The notes beneath the pieces were generated by a model, which saw only the letters and a program-made list of their open reading frames with translations, did not search any database and was not told the origin of the DNA. A stretch of 64,000 nt of DNA from Chthoniobacteraceae bacterium. GTDB taxonomy: Bacteria; Verrucomicrobiota; Verrucomicrobiia; Chthoniobacterales; Chthoniobacteraceae. The stretch covers positions 1-64,000 of the forward strand of contig JANNWY010000193.1 of NCBI GenBank assembly GCA_031409335.1, read 5' to 3'. The translations under genes and the position numbers were made by a program. Every line of letters starts with the position of its first letter. Positions within the stretch are counted from its first letter, which is position 1. Shown one piece after another: positions 59,271 to 64,000 of this stretch.

Positions 59271-59443
59271 CGAGCGTGCTGGCGGCATACCGCCTCACCG
59301 ATGCGGTTCGCTTCCTCGATGTCCTCCGCGTCATACCGCAGCGGTGAATGAGTCGCGCCCGCTCCACGAAGCATCCGCACCGGAAGAGCGGGTTTCTTTC
59401 GCGCGAGCTTTTTGGGGGATAGTTTCGCAACGGTGGTTTTCAT
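59267..59443 (-). CDS. Putative antitoxin (58 aa)
   Basis: Basic N-half and acidic C-half (YDAEDIEEANR); coupled to the ligase-like gene (TGATG) and the toxin (GTGA). Confidence 0.55.
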   Translation of the reverse strand: MKTTVAKLSPKKLARKKPALPVRMLRGAGATHSPLRYDAEDIEEANRIGEAVCRQHAR

Positions 59444-60039
59444 CACACGGGAACAGACCACAGGGCGTGCTGACGCGCAATCAAATCGAACTCGGCGAGA
59501 TGCTGCGGCTTGAACTTCAAAAGTCCGTCCACACGTCCCGCCCGGTATGAGCGGCCCCGCCGATGGATCATCAAGCCCTCGCCTCCTTTCGACACAACAC
59601 GCTCCAACATCTGCGGGAGTGAATCCATCGACGGCAAAACTTCCATCGGCACCACTTCCGCGAATTCGCCTAGATCAAGCCGCATCATTGCCGCATGTCG
59701 CAACGCGAAATCTCCCGCCACAGTCGGCGCATCAAAGATCATCAAACGCAGTGAACGCCAGTTTCCGGCCTTGCTCGCGACCGCACGGGAGACTTCATCC
59801 CGCGCGCCACGGCCCGCCCACAGCTCGCAATCGAGAATTCGGCGGGGAAGCCCCTCGGTGAACCAATCAGGGGCATTCACGGCCTTGCCAGATCGCAGGA
59901 AAAGCCGCGTGCCAGTCCACCGAACGCGCCAGCCATCTAGCTTTTCCACGACGTAGGAGCCGGAAAGATCGCCGTCGTTTCGGTCGAAATCGAAACCGTG
60001 CATCAACTTGTTAATGGACCTTAACATTTGTCCTGGCAT
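59443..60039 (-). CDS. ATP-dependent DNA ligase adenylation domain only (LigE-like, no OB domain)
   Basis: Motifs I EKLDG.R, III LDCELW, IIIa MIFDAP, IV GEGLMI, V LLKFKP; stop ~20 aa after motif V. Confidence 0.82.
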   Translation of the reverse strand: MPGQMLRSINKLMHGFDFDRNDGDLSGSYVVEKLDGWRVRWTGTRLFLRSGKAVNAPDWFTEGLPRRILDCELWAGRGARDEVSRAVASKAGNWRSLRLMIFDAPTVAGDFALRHAAMMRLDLGEFAEVVPMEVLPSMDSLPQMLERVVSKGGEGLMIHRRGRSYRAGRVDGLLKFKPQHLAEFDLIARQHALWSVPV

Positions 60040-60053
60040 CGCTATTTACCGAG

Positions 60054-61196
60054 TCACGCGGCGCGGGAAATCGAGACAACCTTTCCGTCCCGCGCTGGCG
60101 CGATCTTCCAAAAAGCTGCCGCGTCTTTCGGGCGAACAAGTTCGCGATAATGACGGAAGACAATCGAAGGGCTGTTGCCCATCTCCAAAGCGAGCCGTGC
60201 CGTGTCTCCAATGACGGGCAGGCGATATGATCCAAAACTGTGACGCAGCGCGTTCTGTGGCCAGTTCTCGCGCATCCCGGCCCGGTCCCTGTCCGCCTCA
60301 AGTTTCTTCCGCGCTCCAATCGGGAGAACGGGGCCGGATGCCTTCGCGTGTGCCATCAGCCATTCCCGCAGGTTGTCGGAAATTGGAATCAGTCGGCGGC
60401 TTCCCGTCTTCGCCTTCGCGGCCTTCACTTCGATCAAGCCCGCTTCCAAATCGACTTCCGCCCAATCGAGCCTTTCGAGTTCTGCGGATCGTAGGCCGGC
60501 AAATGCACCGATGGACCAATACGGCAGAGTTTCCGCGCTCGCCGATTCGAGAAGCCGCGCCGTCTGCGCGACCGTCAGAATCCCAATCTCGCCGGATCGC
60601 TCCTTTGCCCGCTCCACGTCCTCAATCGGATTGCGCTCGGCGTAACCCTGTCGCCGGGCAAAGCTGAAAAGCGTTCCGAGACGGCTGCGCGTCGTGTAGC
60701 GGGAAACCGCTCCAACGGAGAGCCCGCGAAGCCAGTCATGAACTTCTTTCGCTGTGATGTCCGCCACCATGCGCTCGCCAAACGTCCGCGCGAACGCATC
60801 GAACTTTAGCCGGATGTCCCGCAGATAGTCCGCGCTCGCACCATCGGCCTTGCGAGTCGCCAGCACTTCCGCCGCAACGTCGGAAAACGAGCGGCTTCCC
60901 GTCACCCGTCGCAAGTGCGCCGCGAAAAACTCCGCCGCATCCAAAATCGTTTTGCCAAACGGTGCCACGATCGCATCGGCCTTTTTTGCCAGAACGCGCA
61001 ACTCGGTTGGAAATTCCGCGCCCTCCGTTCCCTGATTGATCGTCTCAATCGTCTTTTGTTGAGCGAACGTCTCTGCCTCCTTTTTCGTTCCGAAAAACCG
61101 CCGGGCTCGTTTCCCGTCATCCTTGAAATTGACGACGAACTTGAGCAAGGGCCGGTTGGAATCGGCGTATGAGCGAATCTTGAATTGGGTTCTCAT
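60054..61196 (-). CDS. Tyrosine recombinase/integrase
   Basis: FAGLRSAE, KAKT..RRLIP, NALRHSFGSY, MGNS....RHY; adjacent to the tRNA att site. Start 61196 or 61223. Confidence 0.93.
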   Translation of the reverse strand: MRTQFKIRSYADSNRPLLKFVVNFKDDGKRARRFFGTKKEAETFAQQKTIETINQGTEGAEFPTELRVLAKKADAIVAPFGKTILDAAEFFAAHLRRVTGSRSFSDVAAEVLATRKADGASADYLRDIRLKFDAFARTFGERMVADITAKEVHDWLRGLSVGAVSRYTTRSRLGTLFSFARRQGYAERNPIEDVERAKERSGEIGILTVAQTARLLESASAETLPYWSIGAFAGLRSAELERLDWAEVDLEAGLIEVKAAKAKTGSRRLIPISDNLREWLMAHAKASGPVLPIGARKKLEADRDRAGMRENWPQNALRHSFGSYRLPVIGDTARLALEMGNSPSIVFRHYRELVRPKDAAAFWKIAPARDGKVVSISRAA

Positions 61197-61339
61197 GTGG
61201 CGACCGTTGCCATCTGTTGCCATTTTTTCAACGAAAAACGCGCAAAAATGAGGATTTACCCGTCAGCATGAGTCACAGCGTTTTTTACCTCCAATCGCCC
61301 GCGCCCCCTGTATTTATGCGGTTTCCAGAGTAATTGAGA

Positions 61340-61414
61340 TGGTGCGCGGTACAGGGTTCGAACCTGTGACCCCTACCGTGTCAAGGTAATGCTCTACCAC
61401 TGAGCTAACCGCGC
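61340..61414 (-). tRNA. tRNA-Val (GAC)
   Basis: GCGCGGT TA GCTC AGTGGTA GAGC A TTACC TTGACAC GGTAG GGGTC ACAGG TTCGAAC CCTGT ACCGCGC A CCA folds into a full cloverleaf with anticodon GAC and encoded CCA. Confidence 0.97.
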
Positions 61415-61625
61415 GTTTTAACGAGCGGAACGAATAGGCAACGCGGAGGCGGCTGGCAAGGGGAGTTTTTGACGCTGCTCCGAATTTTGCCGCGATCGAA
61501 TTTTGTGGCGATCCGAACGGAGAGTGCGTTGCAGGTTGCGTTGGCTGAAAGTGCGATTTAATCGTGGAAATGCGTTTGCGTCTCCCCGCTTCCATCCGGA
61601 TTCCGCCTGTTCCGTTTTTGTTGTT

Positions 61626-64000
61626 TTGAAAAAGTTTATCTTCGTTTTCATCGTGGTCGGTTTCGCTGCGGCGCGCGCGTCAAATGTGATGCTGGTGCCG
61701 CTCGGGGCGGACTGGCGTTTTTTCGCGACGGGCGAGGCGGCGGCGGCGAATTGGGCGGTGTCGGGATTCGATGATTCGGGGTGGACGAATGGGATCGCGA
61801 AAATCGGAATCGGTCACGCCGATCACGCGACCAGACTGCCGCCGCCGATCGTGGCACCGCGAATGACCGTGTATTTTCGCCGTCAATTCACGCTGCCATC
61901 GAGTCCGTCGGAATATACGGCGCTGCTCGCGCGGATGGTCTGCGATGCAGGCGCGGTGATTTATCTCAATGGCGTGGAAGCGGGGCGCGTCGGGATGCCG
62001 GCGGGGGCGGTCTCGGCCGCAACGCCAGCGAGCGCCGAGCCTTTGTTTCCGCAAGAAGGTTCGTTGCGCACGGTGCCGATCGCTGGCGCGGCGCTTGCCG
62101 CTGGCACGAACACGATCGCGGTCGAATTGCACGCTTCCTCGAGTTTCGATTTCGATCTCGATTTTGACATGGAACTGATCGCCAGCCGCAACGTGACGCC
62201 CGCGTTCGTGGTGCGCGGACCTTACCTTCAAAATGGCACGCCGACTGCCGTGACCGTGCGCTGGCGGACCGATGTGCCGACGTCCACTCGAGTCCGCGCC
62301 GGGGTTCTCACCGCTGATCTCAATCTCTCCGCATCGGACACCACGCCGACCATCGAACACGAGGTGCGACTCACCGGGCTTCAGCCCGACACGCGCTATT
62401 TTTATGCGATCGACGATGGCGCGGAGCTGATCGAGGGGCCCGGCGCGCAGTGGCAATTCCGCACGCCGCCCGCCGTGGCGACAGTGAAGCCAGTGCGCGT
62501 ATGGGTGCTGGGCGATTGCGGCACGGGGCGGTCGGGGACTGGACGGGCCGAGGCTGCCCGCGATGGCTACCTCCATTCGCCGCAATACCAGCCGCCGGAT
62601 GTGTGGTTGATGCTGGGCGACAATGCCTACGGAATCGGTGCCGATGATGAATATCAAAACGCGGTCTTCGACACCTATCGCTCGACGCTGCGCAGCTCCA
62701 TCCTCTGGTCCACTTTGGGCAACCATGAAACTTACAGCGCGGGCATTCCCTATTTCTCGATGTTCACCTTTCCGACGGATGGTGAAGCAGGCGGCGTGGC
62801 TTCGGGCACCGAGTATTATTACTCCTTCGACTACGCGAATATCCACTTCGTGTGTCTCGACTCGATGGAATCCGCACGCACCGCGCCCTCCGCGATGCTC
62901 TCGTGGCTGGAGGCGGATCTGGCGTCCACGTCCCAGCAGTGGATCGTCGCGTTCTGGCATCATCCGCCTTATTCGAAAGGAACCCACGACTCCGATTTCG
63001 AAATCGAACTGATCGAGATGCGGGAAAATGCGCTGCCGATTCTGGAGGAATACGGCGTCGATCTCGTGCTGTGCGGGCACAGCCATGTGTATGAACGTTC
63101 CCATCTCCTAGACGGACACTACGGCTACTCGTGGAACCTCAATCCGGCATCCATCAAGGACGCTGGCAGCGGACGCGCGGACGAGCCCGGCGGCGCGTAT
63201 GGCAAGGATCCCGGACCGCACAATGGCACGGTGTATTGCGTCGCCGGTTCCGCGGGGCAGCCAGGCGGCGGCTCGCTCGATCATCCGGTGATGTTTCTGT
63301 CGTTGGGCGAACTTGGTTCGTTGATTTTTGATGTGAATGGCGACCGTCTCGACGCGAAGTTTATCAATCATCAAGGCGTGATTCGGGACTACTTCACGCT
63401 GTCAAAGGCGCCGCTGGTGACGCTCTCCGCGCCACAGCCATCGCTGCGGGAAGGCATCGGCGGCCCGGCGCAGGTCCGCCTTTTTCGCGATCGCGAAATG
63501 GATCGCGCCATCGCGGTGCAGCTTTCGCTCGCGGGCTCGGCGACGGCGGGCAGCGACTACGGCGCGCCGCTGCTGCCAGCGGTGATTCCCGCCGGCCAGC
63601 AGACGCTCGATTTGTTCCTCGCCGCATTTACCGACACGATCGCGGAAGGCTCCGAGACCATTTCCGTCACGCTGGAGGAAGACAGCGCCTACCGGCTGCC
63701 GAAGGTCGTTCGCAGTATCACGCTGTCCCTTGCAGACCGTCCGGTCGATGCGTGGCGTTTTGAAAAATTTGGCATTCAGGCGAATGATCCCGGCATCGCG
63801 GGAGATGCGGCGGATGCCGACGCGGACGGCCAAACCAACTTTTCCGAGTATCTTGCCGGCACGGAACCACGCGACGGTGCGAGCCAGTTTGCAGCGGCGG
63901 TGGCGCGAAATGCCGCCGGTCAATTCGTGGTTCGTTTCCTGGCGCGAAAAGGCCGGGGCTACACCGTGCTTCACCGCGCGGCATTCACCGCGGGCGACTG
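61626..64000 (+). CDS. Secreted purple-acid-phosphatase-like metallophosphoesterase with FN3-like and Calx-beta domains (3' end outside window)
   Basis: Absent from the ORF track because it is open to the window end. TTG start MKKFIFVFIVVGFAAARA; in-frame GDCG, GDNAY, GNHE, HHPPY, GHSH; GSATAGSDY...EGSETISVTL; DADADGQTNFSEYLAGTEP. Confidence 0.88.
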   Translation, partial: MKKFIFVFIVVGFAAARASNVMLVPLGADWRFFATGEAAAANWAVSGFDDSGWTNGIAKIGIGHADHATRLPPPIVAPRMTVYFRRQFTLPSSPSEYTALLARMVCDAGAVIYLNGVEAGRVGMPAGAVSAATPASAEPLFPQEGSLRTVPIAGAALAAGTNTIAVELHASSSFDFDLDFDMELIASRNVTPAFVVRGPYLQNGTPTAVTVRWRTDVPTSTRVRAGVLTADLNLSASDTTPTIEHEVRLTGLQPDTRYFYAIDDGAELIEGPGAQWQFRTPPAVATVKPVRVWVLGDCGTGRSGTGRAEAARDGYLHSPQYQPPDVWLMLGDNAYGIGADDEYQNAVFDTYRSTLRSSILWSTLGNHETYSAGIPYFSMFTFPTDGEAGGVASGTEYYYSFDYANIHFVCLDSMESARTAPSAMLSWLEADLASTSQQWIVAFWHHPPYSKGTHDSDFEIELIEMRENALPILEEYGVDLVLCGHSHVYERSHLLDGHYGYSWNLNPASIKDAGSGRADEPGGAYGKDPGPHNGTVYCVAGSAGQPGGGSLDHPVMFLSLGELGSLIFDVNGDRLDAKFINHQGVIRDYFTLSKAPLVTLSAPQPSLREGIGGPAQVRLFRDREMDRAIAVQLSLAGSATAGSDYGAPLLPAVIPAGQQTLDLFLAAFTDTIAEGSETISVTLEEDSAYRLPKVVRSITLSLADRPVDAWRFEKFGIQANDPGIAGDAADADADGQTNFSEYLAGTEPRDGASQFAAAVARNAAGQFVVRFLARKGRGYTVLHRAAFTAGD

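Larger units (their letters stand above)
52944..61387. mobile_element. tRNA-Val-integrated ~8.4 kb phage-satellite-like element
   Basis: Perfect 50-bp direct repeats at both ends; integrase, repressor, xis, rep, protease-capsid fusion, small terminase; visibly lower GC; no portal, TerL, tail or lysis genes. Confidence 0.9.

Noticed and set aside
52944..61387. Complete prophage or canonical cf-PICI
   Set aside because: No portal, large terminase, head-tail connector, tail or lysis genes lie between the att sites.

Overview
64 kb of high-GC bacterial chromosome, most likely Verrucomicrobiota (Chthoniobacter-like), judged from the Verru_Chthon cassette, a PVC-type heme-binding protein, DUF1501, DUF5069 and the integrase type. 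It opens inside a frameshifted DUF4338/ISAs1-type transposase. Housekeeping and accessory genes follow: acnA, glnS, MoxR-DUF58-transglutaminase, queF-queC, a three-gene Verru_Chthon pilin-like cassette, redox genes, two phospholipid gene groups, an orphan E2 acyltransferase and cusBA. The main feature is an ~8.4 kb element (52944-61387) integrated in tRNA-Val(GAC) and bounded by a perfect 50-bp direct repeat. It encodes a tyrosine integrase, an HTH repressor, an Xis/AlpA-like protein, a phage-type replication initiator with internal iterons, a prohead-protease/HK97 major-capsid fusion and a Nu1/DUF1441-like small terminase preceded by a lambda cosQ-like motif. It has no portal, large terminase, tail or lysis genes, so it looks like a capsid-encoding phage satellite. 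It also carries a translationally coupled OB-less ATP-dependent ligase domain, antitoxin-like ORF and MazF/PemK-like toxin. The window ends inside a secreted purple-acid-phosphatase/Calx-beta protein. All family assignments come from motif recognition; no database searches were run.
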